64,000 nucleotides of DNA from the human T2T-CHM13v2.0 reference genome, Homo sapiens, in the NCBI RefSeq assembly GCF_009914755.1, contig NC_060925.1; one strand, written 5' to 3'. Made by a program: the position numbers and the translations under genes. How positions within the stretch are numbered: the stretch's first letter is position 1; each line of letters begins with the position of its first letter. Shown here piece after piece: positions 35,101-49,497 of the stretch. The notes below the pieces were generated by a model. That model saw only the letters and a program-made list of their open reading frames with translations. It searched no databases and was not told the DNA's origin.

Positions 35101-36431
35101 AGGAGCCTGATACTGCAGCTGTCAGAGTGTCCACCCCAGAGGAGCCCGCCTCCCCAGCTGCTGCAGTGCCCACCCCAGAGGAGCCCACCTCCCCAGCTGC
35201 TGCAGTGCCCACCCCAGAGGAGCCCACCTCCCCAGCTGCTGCAGTGCCCCCCCCAGAGGAGCCCACCTCCCCAGCTGCTGCAGTGCCCACCCCAGAGGAG
35301 CCCACCTCCCCAGCTGCTGCAGTGCCCACCCCAGAGGAGCCCACCTCCCCAGCTGCTGCAGTGCCCACCCCAGAGGAGCCCACCTCCCCAGCTGCTGCAG
35401 TGCCCACCCCAGAGGAGCCCACCTCCCCAGCTGCTGCAGTGCCCACCCCAGAGGAGCCCACCTCCCCAGCTGCTGCAGTGCCCACCCCAGAGGAGCCCGC
35501 CTCCCCAGCTGCTGCAGTGCCCACCCCAGAGGAGCCCGCCTCCCCAGCTGCTGCAGTGCCCACCCCAGAGGAGCCTGCCTTCCCAGCTCCTGCAGTGCCC
35601 ACCCCAGAGGAATCCGCCTCCGCAGCTGTTGCAGTGCCCACCCCCGAGGAATCTGCCTCCCCAGCTGCTGCAGTGCCCACCCCAGCAGAATCTGCCTCCT
35701 TTGCAGCTGTGGTGGCCACCCTGGAGGAACCCACTTCCCCGGCAGCTTCAGTGCCCACCCCTGCAGCTATGGTGGCCACCCTAGAGGAATTCACTTCCCC
35801 GGCAGCTTCAGTGCCCACCTCTGAGGAGCCTGCCTCCCTAGCAGCTGCAGTGTCCAACCCAGAGGAGCCCACCTCCCCAGCAGCAGCAGTGCCCACCCTA
35901 GAGGAACCCACCTCCTCAGCAGCTGCAGTGCTCACCCCAGAGGAACTCAGTTCCCCAGCAGCTTCAGTGCCCACCCCCGAGGAGCCTGCCTCCCCAGCAG
36001 CTGCAGTGTCCAACCTAGAGGAGCCCGCCTCCCCAGCAGCAGCAGTGCCCACCCCAGAGGTGGCTGCCATCCCTGCTGCTTCAGTGCCCACCCCAGAGGT
36101 GCCTGCCATCCCAGCTGCTGCAGTGCCTCCTATGGAGGAAGTTTCCCCCATTGGTGTGCCCTTCCTGGGAGTTTCTGCCCACACTGACTCAGTGCCTATT
36201 TCAGAAGAAGGAACACCTGTTCTAGAGGAGGCTTCCTCCACTGGAATGTGGATCAAGGAGGACCTTGATTCCCTAGTATTTGGCATAAAAGAGGTGACCA
36301 GCACAGTGCTACATGGGAAAGTGCCTCTGGCTGCAACCGCTGGATTAAATTCAGATGAGGTAATTGTCCATTTTGATTCTGGGAAGGGTCTAAAGAGTAA
36401 AGTGAGATTTGCAGGGCTGACCTGGTGGTGA
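32148..36431 (+). CDS. KIAA0754: KIAA0754 ORF (1427 aa); alternative first coding exon of short MACF1 isoforms via the donor at 36359
   Basis: Uninterrupted ORF with strong Kozak context (aggATGG), acidic low-complexity protein with a 13-aa repeat, nested in a MACF1 intron; GAG|gtaatt donor in phase 0. Confidence 0.9.
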   Translation: MGKPLSRPDCLRRNPSCLGKGEEEDGYIEDCYVPQRSIYDTMRINEQIDQGSKLNQTSKSTMEKMEGSTISSNGTLGAASNVFESRAPEGKKLDERIIFDALKLSSDVQKSAPVPPRRRPNAERKDNVNRRSWKSFMPPNFPEFAERIEASLSEVSEAGASNPSLQEKKESSSALTESSGHLDHREPQSESVTLEHVSKSIGIPEVQDFKNLSGDCQDFRFQQHSANPPHEFQPVESEAVATSGNTDVMQESRFSSATWPRATKSLAKGGFSEKQHPLGDTACTVEMPPLSPCLSEELLDPELHVLITPSLREKTESELKFEEDERWIMMEAEGEWEEEKLSDREKTFLMADEKNSLADIFEEREQANTAVVEDGSDCLAAVLRTFGHLSLGQICCPDDPQPAKDQLATVPKDIPLDCDCVLTGEDILGEVANRTAQGLEGLVSDSACTVGTIDAEQLSDTDSVQMFLELEKECLCEEGVTPLVELQNQISSEGLAASQDAENLLVISHFSGAALEKEQHLGLLHVRAKDYDTRLDCGYFNTLDSSQVPNAVELIAHVDIMRDTSTVSKEECEKVPFSPRTAEFKSRQPADLDSLEKLDPGGLLNSDHRVSHEEKLSGFIASELAKDNGSLSQGDCSQTEGNGEECIERVTFSFAFNHELTDVTSGPEVEVLYESNLLTDEIHLESGNVTVNQENNSLTSMGNVVTCELSVEKVCDEDGEAKELDYQATLLEDQAPAHFHRNFPEQVFQDLQRKSPESEILSLHLLVEELRLNPDGVETVNDTKPELNVASSEGGEMERRDSDSFLNIFPEKQVTKAGNTEPVLEEWIPVLQRPSRTAAVPTVKDALDAALPSPEEGTSIAAVPAPEGTAVVAALVPFPHEDILVASIVSLEEEDVTAAAVSAPERATVPAVTVSVPEGTAAVAAVSSPEETAPAVAAAITQEGMSAVAGFSPEWAALAITVPITEEDGTPEGPVTPATTVHAPEEPDTAAVRVSTPEEPASPAAAVPTPEEPTSPAAAVPTPEEPTSPAAAVPPPEEPTSPAAAVPTPEEPTSPAAAVPTPEEPTSPAAAVPTPEEPTSPAAAVPTPEEPTSPAAAVPTPEEPTSPAAAVPTPEEPASPAAAVPTPEEPASPAAAVPTPEEPAFPAPAVPTPEESASAAVAVPTPEESASPAAAVPTPAESASFAAVVATLEEPTSPAASVPTPAAMVATLEEFTSPAASVPTSEEPASLAAAVSNPEEPTSPAAAVPTLEEPTSSAAAVLTPEELSSPAASVPTPEEPASPAAAVSNLEEPASPAAAVPTPEVAAIPAASVPTPEVPAIPAAAVPPMEEVSPIGVPFLGVSAHTDSVPISEEGTPVLEEASSTGMWIKEDLDSLVFGIKEVTSTVLHGKVPLAATAGLNSDEVIVHFDSGKGLKSKVRFAGLTWW
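35130..36140 (+). repeat. 39-bp coding minisatellite (unit SPAAAVPTPEEPT), about 12 near-identical copies followed by about a dozen degenerate copies
   Basis: Unit ccccagctgctgcagtgcccaccccagaggagcccacct recurs every 39 nt (e.g. 35191, 35230); more degenerate copies extend upstream to about 34650. Confidence 0.95.
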
Positions 36432-37205
36432 TGAGAAATGGCACAGATAGTTCTTTTGTTCTTTTTGGGTCTCCCGGGCTTATAGTTTGTAGTCTTTCTG
36501 TTCAGTTTTTGGGGAAAATATACTTTAATTTTGTCTGGTGAAAGACTTTATAATTTCATGCTTCGTTTTTTATTCAGATAAGCCAATCCCACGGAAAACA
36601 GGGATATAAACAGTTGTTGATTTACATTTTTAAAAAGATTATTAGCAGGAAAGGGTCATTCTGTTTTTGAATTATACAGTGAGCATGTTCTTGCCTAAAC
36701 CAAGAGACAGTTTATTCATTGGTGGTGTCAACATTTAGGTAGAGGCCAGAGTGTGAGCTTTGGAATGAGACCTGGGGTGCTTCCTAACCACTCTGGGAAA
36801 ATTAGTTAGCTATTCTTGAGTTTCCTGTTTCTTCATTTGTTAAGGCATAACTCTGTGAGGATAAAATGAGATACATTTAAGGTACCAAGCGTATAAGATT
36901 ACCAATCACTGGCCATATCCTCCCCATTCTTTTCAAATAGGTATGTTGGTTGGTTGAAAGAATTTACCAAAGTAGATTGGAGAGAAGCAATAAAGCTAAA
37001 TGATTAAGAACTTTTAAATGCAAATATGTGTTTCTGAAAACCAGAGCTAGGCATAATGTTTATGAAAAATAGAGATATTTTAGTCATCTTTGTCAAACTG
37101 CCTTTGTGTCCTTAAGCAAGTCATTTTCCTTTCCAGGACCTCATTTCTTCATTATAAAACAAGAAAATTGGGCTAAATGTCCTCTTGGGTCTCTCTTGGC
37201 TCTAA

Positions 37206-37542
<337 letters not shown>

Positions 37543-38247
37543 GGCTCTAAGATTCTTAATGTTAGAGAACCGAATGTGTTAGGAAACAGTTGGAAACGAT
37601 GTTCCACATCCTTGAGCACTCCTAGTCCAAGGAATTTGAGATCAGCAGCTTTCCACAGTTAATTACCCAGGTTTGATTTGGTCAGTGGTAAAGAGTGCAG
37701 GAGTTAGAGGTTTAATCTGAACACAAGAGATGACTGAGTGAGAAGATTGTTTTGATTTTACTGCGCCCCTAGGACTCAAAATAGTGCCTTCTTCATAGCA
37801 GGCATTTGCTGTTGACTGACTGACTGAATGCATGAATATCAATTTCCTAGACTATGGATGGATGCTACAAGAAAGATGGGTTTTCTCATTCACCTCACTG
37901 CAGAGCCTTTCAGGGCAGCCTTAAGTCAGCTAGAGCACCAGCTAAACATGCAGGTCCTGACAACAAAATCATTTTGATTGCATGCCATAAACTCTTTGAT
38001 TAAGAGGATTGATTAAGATAATCTGGCCTTGCTGAGTGGTGGTGGTTTTACCTTGAGCTTTACCAGTTATTTTGTCAGGTAGCATTCCATTAAATTAGGA
38101 TGCATCATCTTTGAGACTGATGGATTTTTGATTCATTTTTCCGAGTTTTATTGAATTTGGAATGACACCGAGATCCCAATAGCCTGTACAAAGTGAAGAC
38201 AGTAGGTCAACAACAGAGCCATTCTTGATAATACAGAATATTTCACA

Positions 38248-38390
38248 CCAGGCACAGTGGCTCACACCTCTAATCCCAACATTTGGGAAGCCAAGGGAAG
38301 AGGATTGCTTGAGGCCAGGAGTTCGAGAACAGCCTAGGCAACATAGTAAGACCCCATCTCTGAGAAAATAAAAAGAAAAAAAAAAAAACA
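38248..38390 (+). mobile_element. Alu left monomer (FLAM-like) with A tail
   Basis: Single Alu arm followed by an A-tract. Confidence 0.8.
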
Positions 38391-39384
38391 GAATATCTCC
38401 AGTATAAAGCTTATATAGCAGTAATCATGAAATATAAGGATTAAATTTATAGTGAGGCAATCAAATCTGCATAAAGGGGAAAAAGTCATAGAAATCCTGT
38501 ATCAGTCTCTGGAATCCTTGTTTCCTCATCTGCAAAATGAGTAGATGGCTACATAATCTCTAACTATCCTTCCAGCTACAGGAGGTAATCCTTTTATGAA
38601 ATATTGCCTGATGTAAATGACAGGAGAAGGAAATGGTAGCCCAGCTGCAAAGTTGTCCATCTTTGAAGTGTGGTTACTTTGTGGAATATCTGGAAGTGAG
38701 CAAATGCCTATATCTGTGTACAGGAAAGGATAGATCTGAGCCTCAGCCAGGACTGTTAACCAGCAAGAATGTAGAGAGGCCATTTTGAAAATATTGAAAC
38801 AAAACAAATCATTATAGAGTTAACATGAGTATACAGGTTTGCTAAATTGGTGAAATATTATTTTAAAAGGTTTTTCCAAGATGAGAGGTTAATTTTTTAT
38901 TTCTTCCATTCCCTTAGGATTCCAAGAGGCAACTGAACCTGCCATTTTTATATATAAATACTTAGAACTCAACAAGTGATTTAGCATGAACTGAGGTCCT
39001 CTATGTCTGTATGTATATGTGCAAGTGCAGACATGGATACATGGTTAAAATAGATATAAACTTTGTAATTGCAATAACAACAGAGTTTGGTAGAACTAAA
39101 ATGCCAAAAACTCGTTTGCTTTTTCTGTAATGGGATCTGAGGCCTACTGAGACCAATCTCTGGTTATGTAAATTCCCTGCTTATTTATAGACCTCTTCAG
39201 TCTTAATCCCAGCCACTGGTTCAAAGGAAGAAAAAAACCTTTTGTATAAAATAAGGGTTCTATAAGATTACAATTTGCCAAGGGAGTCTTTTTAAGCAAA
39301 AATTGGAGAGCACCACAATTCCAGTTCAGTGTTTGAACGCTCTGCTGATCGGCAGAATCTTCATTGGTTTTTTGCATTCCCTAA

Positions 39385-40340
<956 letters not shown>

Positions 40341-40461
40341 GACTGACGTCGTTCTCTCACTCCCACCCCCAAAGATCATTTAGAGATCTAGAAGAGGAGA
40401 AAGAAAACAAAGGACAACAGAAAAGAATCAGTCAGGATAAAACTGGAAAAATGCAATAACA

Positions 40462-40848
<387 letters not shown>

Positions 40849-41247
40849 TTACTAGTGTACTTCTTTGGAAAATGTCTGCCAGTACTGCTTAGTTAATAAC
40901 ATGACACAGTCCTATTTCACTAACAGTGTGTGAAATACTAAGGAGTAGGAATTTTAGTGTATCTAAAAGCACTGGTTTTGCAAAACAGCTTTATTTGGGA
41001 GTTGACAGAAGGAAGCAGGTGTTTTCAAATGTACGTTCTTTAACGTTCTGTTCACTTTTATTCAAAATAGATAATATTTAGAGGTGCTTTCATATATGTT
41101 TTAACTTATGAGAAATGATACAAATACCCATTGTCCCTGTCAATCCATAGAGTGAAGGTGAGAAATGAAGGAATAGCTAATGCTTCTATAGGAAATGTTT
41201 GTAAACAAAGTAAATCCAAAAGTTTAAAGTTGCAGTAGCTCTTATTA

Positions 41248-41472
41248 TAGATTGAACATCCAAAATGCAAAATGCTCCCAAGTCTGAAACTTTCTGAATG
41301 CTGGCATGATGCTCAAAAGAAATGCTCATTGGAGCATTTCAGATTTCAGATTTTCAGATTTGGGATGCTCAACCGGTAAGTATTTAATGTAGATATTCCA
41401 AAATTTTAATAAATCTGAAATCAGAAACACTTCTGTTCCCAAGCATTTTGGATAAGGGATATTCAGCTTGTA
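41248..41472 (+). mobile_element. MER46A / Tigger4a-like DNA transposon
   Basis: aaatgctcattggagcatttcagatttcagattttc...ttttggataagggatattca. Confidence 0.7.
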
Positions 41473-41505
41473 TATGAAAGAGATTATTGAACTATTTAAA
41501 TATAA

Positions 41506-42062
<557 letters not shown>

Positions 42063-42703
42063 GAAAGAATTTAAATGTCAGTTGTAGAGTGAGATAGGAT
42101 TTGGTTATTGAGTAAAAGAGGGCCCTGTAATGTGGACTTGACATCTTCCCTCCATACCTTGGCTTTCTGCCTTCTTTGCCTTTTCAATCCTTCACCTTCA
42201 CCACCACCATTTTATTGTACCAAAAGCAGCTTTAAACTTGGGATGTTTTTCCTGCCTCTATCTGATTTTTCTTCAGCAGAAACATCTTTAATGCTACAAA
42301 ATGGAATTATAGCAGTTGTTTTTTCTGGGAACCATGTTGTTGGAGAAATAGTCATTTTAACTGAACTGCTTTGTAATGTTGCCTAAGAAAATATGGTATA
42401 ATCAAATTATAGTAAAAAAATGAAGTGCACTCATAATTACTTTTATAACCTTCCTTTTTCAGTGTTCCCTGGGGCTTTCCCTCCCTGGTAATCTTAGCCA
42501 GCCATAGACCATTCTTTCTAGAATCAGTTTCCTAATCCTAGTGTGGTCTGTAGTCTCATATTGACCAAAATTGGTCTTACTCAAACTTATCATTTTCTTT
42601 TATATTTATTTTTGTCCTCTTCCATTTTCTGTCATCCTCTGGCCTTAATTGACTCACCTGGCTCATGGAAGAAAAAGGAAGGGAAATAAATCCAGGCTAG
42701 TGA

Positions 42704-43046
<343 letters not shown>

Positions 43047-43674
43047 ACTTCATACTCTTAATGTGGCAGAAGTACCATTCTCTTCTGACCCTTTTTTCCT
43101 TTTAGACATGTCTAAATCGTAATGGAGCTTAACTGTAGTAGAGCAAAATATACACGTTGCTTGTTACACCTATTCACATTGTTTTAAAATTCTGTTGCAC
43201 CATGGTAAACGTGGATAATACAGTATCATTTTTGAGCAGTTTTTTAAATGTAAATCTGTATCTTACTCAGAGTGTGTGTCTGAAGTTATTAAGGACATTT
43301 CCCAACGTTACTGGCCCATTTCCCTTTGTAATCAGAGGAATTCTGTTTCAAGATTATTGTTGTGTGTGATCTGTGGCTCTTGATCAGAATGAAGTTAAAT
43401 GGCCACAGGAGGATTAAGCTATGAGGTTGGCATTTTTCACACTGTTAATATGTTTTGACTAATTGAGTTATTAGTCTTAGTCAGAGAAGAGCATTTCTTA
43501 TTAGTGGTCAGTTAAGGCTATTCCCCAAGGGATATTCCATCTTAAATACTAGTCATTTGGTATTATTCTATTCTTCTCTTTTAGGATTCATATACATTGC
43601 GCTTACTTGTACAGCATTTCGAGGTTGATGCTTTTCTATTCTCCATGGCTTTTTGCATTAAAAATTAAGCAACA

Positions 43675-43989
<315 letters not shown>

Positions 43990-44255
43990 TTAAAAAAAAG
44001 AACAAAGGAAAGAGTCATTGGGTTAAAGACCTAAGTAGTGTCATAACTCTCTGTAATTACATGTCCATAGGAGAATGTATTGAAATACAAAACCACATGT
44101 TTTCTTGATGCTTCACGTGCAAATGCTTGTTCTTTCTTTTTATTCCTGGTCGTCTTTCATTAAGTCATAAATGCCCCAAGAATAACCAGTCTCTGCGTGG
44201 TATAGAGAGTCTAATAGCCTTTGTATTAAATCTTCTTTGGCTTGTAATTATCTAG

Positions 44256-44417
44256 ATGTTTCAGAAAGAACAAGTGGATCCTCTTCAGATGAAATTGCAG
44301 CAGGTGAATGGACTTGGCCAGGGATTAATTCAGAGTGCAGGAAAAGACTGTGATGTACAGGGTTTAGAACATGACATGGAAGAGATCAATGCTCGATGGA
44401 ATACATTGAATAAAAAG
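44256..44417 (+). CDS. MACF1: MACF1 coding exon (MFQKEQVDP...TLNKK)
   Basis: tctag acceptor, AAG|gtgagt donor, 162 nt, phase 0-0. Confidence 0.95.
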
Positions 44418-44611
44418 GTGAGTGACAATGGGGTAGCAAGTGTACTGGAAACGGAAGGCATAGAAAAGAGACATCTGAATCTAAGGTTTCCCGAAACCTG
44501 AATGGAAATAAAAATTTAGCAGTTGCAATCTATAATTACTAAAAGAGGTCAGTAGTAATTTGAAAACTACTTTCTCCGTTCTCATAATGAACCTACATGT
44601 TCATGATACAG

Positions 44612-44782
44612 GTCGCACAAAGAATTGCACAGCTACAGGAAGCTTTGTTGCATTGTGGGAAGTTTCAAGATGCCTTGGAGCCATTGCTCAGCTGGTTGGC
44701 AGATACCGAGGAGCTCATAGCCAATCAGAAACCTCCATCTGCTGAGTATAAAGTGGTGAAAGCACAGATCCAAGAACAGAAG
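44612..44782 (+). CDS. MACF1: MACF1 coding exon (VAQRIAQL...IQEQK)
   Basis: tacag acceptor, AAG|gtaagt donor, 171 nt, phase 0-0. Confidence 0.95.
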
Positions 44783-45235
44783 GTAAGTGAGAATGTTGGG
44801 ACAGTGAACTGTAACAGCCGTAGGGAGTAGTAGACAACACATTTGCTTATAGTTTAAGAAGCAGTTCAGGAGTTTTAGTAGAATCCTAAACTACTTTGTG
44901 TCGTCCTGAAAAGAAAGGTGGAAATTGATTTTCATTATCTTACTTAAATCTGGTTTACTGTGGCATATATTAGACTGAATAATTTTACCTGTTCATGTAT
45001 CCTATTTCAGTGTTCATCTACAATTTTGTGTTAAGAGGTTTTTGGTGTTTTCAGGGTCAGCAATATTCTAAATAGTGTTGTATATCATGTACAAAGTTTT
45101 ATCTATATTTTTTGTTGGTTTAATTTCTATTTTAGTGCAGTTTTTTCTTTTTAAAAAAAATTTATCCCAAAGGAAATTTTATTTTTTTCTCAGCTTTATT
45201 GGTATATAGTTGACAAATAAAAATTGTATATGTTT

Positions 45236-45678
<443 letters not shown>

Positions 45679-45910
45679 TTAGTCACATAATGACAGTCAC
45701 TGCTCCATTTAAAAATTTAAGTGTGTGAAAAGTATACGAGTGGTGAGAACTGTGCTATATCTCCTGTTTTTGCCCCAAGGATGAAAAAAACTTCTTTTAC
45801 TCAATGAAGCTTAGGATTTGGCGGGTTGGTTTCTTTTGTTTTTTTTCTTTCTTCCTAGTTCAGATTTCAAAATGATCCTGTGTTACAGCTTTTCATTCTC
45901 TTTATAATAG

Positions 45911-46077
45911 TTGCTCCAGCGGCTCCTAGATGATCGAAAGGCCACAGTAGACATGCTTCAAGCAGAAGGAGGCAGAATAGCCCAGTCAGCAGAGCTGGCT
46001 GATAGAGAGAAAATCACTGGACAGCTGGAGAGTCTTGAAAGTAGATGGACTGAACTACTCAGTAAGGCAGCAGCCAG
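45911..46077 (+). CDS. MACF1: MACF1 coding exon ([10 protein letters not shown]...SKAAA)
   Basis: aatag acceptor, CAG|gtaaga donor, 167 nt, phase 0-2; translated by hand because this frame is not in the ORF track. Confidence 0.92.
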
Positions 46078-49000
46078 GTAAGATCAAAGGAATTTTGAGG
46101 AGTGGGTCAGAGGTTTGTTTTGTTCTTCTTCGACTTATTATCACTATAAGTTCTTGGATGATTCATATAGATTTTTGGAAGGTGTTTAATGGCTTTTATT
46201 TGAAATGGGATAAGATTTTAGAGATGATCCTCATAATCAGAATCACACTCAGGAAATGGTCTCCAGCATCTTCATAAATTTCCGAGAGCTGGAAAACTCA
46301 TTGCTCTGTGTGGTTGTTCTGCTGTAGTATAATCATAGTTCCAAATGACAGACACAGACTCCTACAGTCCAGCCGAGTTATTTTCTGAGTTTTTCAAACA
46401 GATTTCCCCCTCTTATATTTATAAATAATGCTTTTGATACTTGGAATTGAAATGTGTCATATTTCTTTTCTATTAGCTTATAGTAATATTAGATTTTTTT
46501 GCCTTTAGGAGCTAGTCTGTGGTTCTGTTAAATATCTGGGAATTCAAGAGATGCATGAACTTACCTCAATAAATGGTCAAAAAGACAGGCAACAAATCCT
46601 CCTTCAAGGAAATATTCCCTTTCTCTTTTCATAGCTATAAGTTATCCTGTGACTTGAGCTTAATAAGTCACATAGATGTCTTTACTTTTATACAGTCCTC
46701 AGTTTTAAAATTAAATACCAGCTAATGAGAAATCAATAAGAGAGCTGATCATTTGTTATTGTATCCTTTACATTTCCTAGGTAGCCTATGGCAGTCTTCA
46801 AATAATTCCCTCTTCAGTCTTTTTATGTCCACCTGCCCATGACTTGGCTTATTCCTTACCTGAGTTGCAAAGTATGGCTTGCCTATGTTAGTGGAAGAAA
46901 CAAAATGGAAAGAATTTAACTTACTTGTATTTCCAGATTTGTACTGCTTATTTTCTTTTCTCTCTGTCCATTTCCAGTAATGGTACCATTAGCTTTCCAG
47001 TTTCCTAGGCTTAAAACCTCGACTCCATTTTTACTTTTCTTTTTTTAATTTCTCCTTTGTGCCCACATCGATCAGCATGCTAAATTCTGTCTATTTTACT
47101 TTACAGTGTCTTTCCTGTCCATCTGTTTCTCTAATTCCCACTCTCCCCTCAGTTCATGACTTACGAGCTCTCACTAGGTGTATAGAGATAGCTTCTTCAC
47201 TAATCACTCTACCACTAACCCTGGGGCCTTCCCCTTCCCATCCCCCAGCTGCAGATGAACCTTTCTGAAATAAGCCTTTAATCATATCTTTTCAAGCTCA
47301 GAGATATTTAATTGACTCCCTGTTAGAATAAAACCTTTAGATTATGAGGCTGACACACTGCCTGCCGTGCTAAGAAGGTGCTTAAAATAAAATATAAACT
47401 CTTTAACACACCATTCAAAGCCCTCTATTTGACCCTAACCTACCTTTCTTAGCTTCTACTATTCTTCTCACTCCTTAATATTATAGCTGAAGTAAACTAT
47501 ATTCTGTTCTTTAATATCTTCTGACAATGTCCTAACCCTGTGTCTTATTTTATGGGTTATAATACATCTTTCATGAAATGCTTTTGTCCAGCTCTCTCTC
47601 TTCTATAAAACTTACCTTTATTCCTCAATCATGGAATAATTTTTCCTGCCTCTTCACTGCCATAACTCTTTATCTGTACCTTGTATTATGATCATTATTT
47701 TATGTACTTACCTTCCTGGTCCATAAACTCCTTAAAGTCATGGTTTGTTTATCTAATGCATATTTTTATGACTCTTTCCTTCTACTTTACTTGTTTCCAT
47801 CCTCCTAGCCTAATATAGTTTCTGGGCCAATATTTTAAATAGAAACAAATAACAAGAGTAGATATTTGATGCTTCTAAATTATTTTTAGCTCTTCTCCCT
47901 AAAAATACCTTTAATCTTATTACAATAAATTCTTCAAATTTTCAGATTCCAAAATCAAATGAGTAAGAAAGACATAAAAATTAGAGGCAATTTTTAAAAA
48001 ATGAAATTCAAATTTAATAATAATTTTTAATATTGTATGTTTTAGTTGCATTACTTGAAGATATATTTTGAAGGCTGGCATAAACAAACTAGGAAAGAAA
48101 GTTTTAGACTTAGATTGCCACTTAAAAAATATGTTTTTCTTTATATTCAAACATAATTGAATTTCCAGTAATCAAAATGCCAACTTTTTTTATTTAAACC
48201 ACTTCTTATTAAAATAACTTTGTCAGGGCATAACTAGCATAGGACCTGGCGTAAATTAGGTCTTCAGTAAAGGTTTGCTGAACTTAAGTGCATCATATAC
48301 TCCCAGGCCTCTTCAAATGCCATATCTTAGTCTGTTTTTAGTAATTCAAAGACAACATTATGACCTTTCATTATTAATCTGCATGCTAATACAGTTCTGT
48401 GGTTGTTTTCTTGTCTGTTCCTTGTCAGGCTATCTCCAATATCCAGACTTCCTCCTCACTTTGTAATTTGCTGCTTTTATTTTATAGAGTAAAACAAACC
48501 ACAGGTACTTTGGAAAGTACATCTCTTAGCACTTCTCTGGTCTCAGTGACAGTCATGTATCCCAGGAAAAGCCAAGCTTAGTTATGGATCTTATATTAAA
48601 TAAGAGTTAAGATTCCAAGTGAGCTATAAAGTCTGTAGTTTTTTTTGTTTGGTTTTTTTTTGGGGGGGGTGCTTTTTGTGTTGGCAAATTCAGCCAGCGT
48701 GAGGTTTTTTGTTTGTTTCTTTTTTGTTTTTTTGCCTTAAATCTGGATTCAAAGTTATGTTCTGGGGCTTGAAATTACCAGAAGCCTGACTGGATTTTGG
48801 GGAGTTGGGGAGGGAGTTCTAGTTCATAGGCAATATACAGTCTTTACTCTTCAGATATCTTCACTCATAAATGAAGGTAGTAGTGACAGAGAGAATGAAA
48901 ACAGACAACTTTTTGCCTCCTTTAAACCTTATTTTGGTCAGATGTTCAGGTGATATATATACTACATTCTGTTTTGATTTGTGTTAAATAAGGAGAACAT

Positions 49001-49337
49001 TAGAAGATTTGATTCTACTGTTGCTACTCACCAGGTGATTGGACAAATCTTTCTTTAAGCCTTCTGACTGAACTTTCTCTTTTATAATAGGGGGATAATT
49101 ATTCTTTTATAATGGGGGATAATTATTCTGTCCACCTTACAAGGTTATGACAGAATGAGAATAAGGTTAATGGTGTGAAATCCTTTAAAACATCGAAATG
49201 CTACATAACGTGTGTTCTGTTTACTATTGGTATTTAAACTATACCTGGAAAAGACTATTCTTTTACTGAGTATAGTACTATTACCAGTTTTAATGTGACT
49301 TTTCTTCCTGAGCAGCTTGTTCTATATATTTGTGTAG

Positions 49338-49497
49338 GCAAAAACAGCTGGAAGACATCCTGGTTCTGGCCAAACAGTTCCATGAGACAGCTGAGCCTAT
49401 TTCTGACTTCTTATCTGTCACAGAGAAAAAGCTTGCTAACTCAGAACCTGTTGGCACTCAGACTGCCAAAATACAGCAGCAGATCATTCGGCACAAG
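49338..49497 (+). CDS. MACF1: MACF1 coding exon (RQKQLEDIL...IIRHK)
   Basis: tgtag acceptor, AAG|gtaggg donor, 160 nt, phase 2-0. Confidence 0.95.

Noticed and set aside
35130-35600. CRISPR-like regular repeat
   Set aside because: Head-to-tail tandem repeat with no unique spacers, in human coding sequence.
34346-36304. 652-aa antisense ORF and 244-aa alternative-frame ORF (35050..35784)
   Set aside because: Shadows of the stop-free 39-bp repeat and the codon bias of the sense ORF; no independent promoter or start evidence.
43110-43450. Repeat-free segment with 3'UTR-like composition
   Set aside because: No convincing ORF, splice pair or canonical poly(A) signal; cannot be supported without conservation data.
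49080-49128. About 24-nt tandem duplication ttttataat(a)gggggataattattc
   Set aside because: Ordinary slippage duplication in an old MIR-like region; no functional cue.
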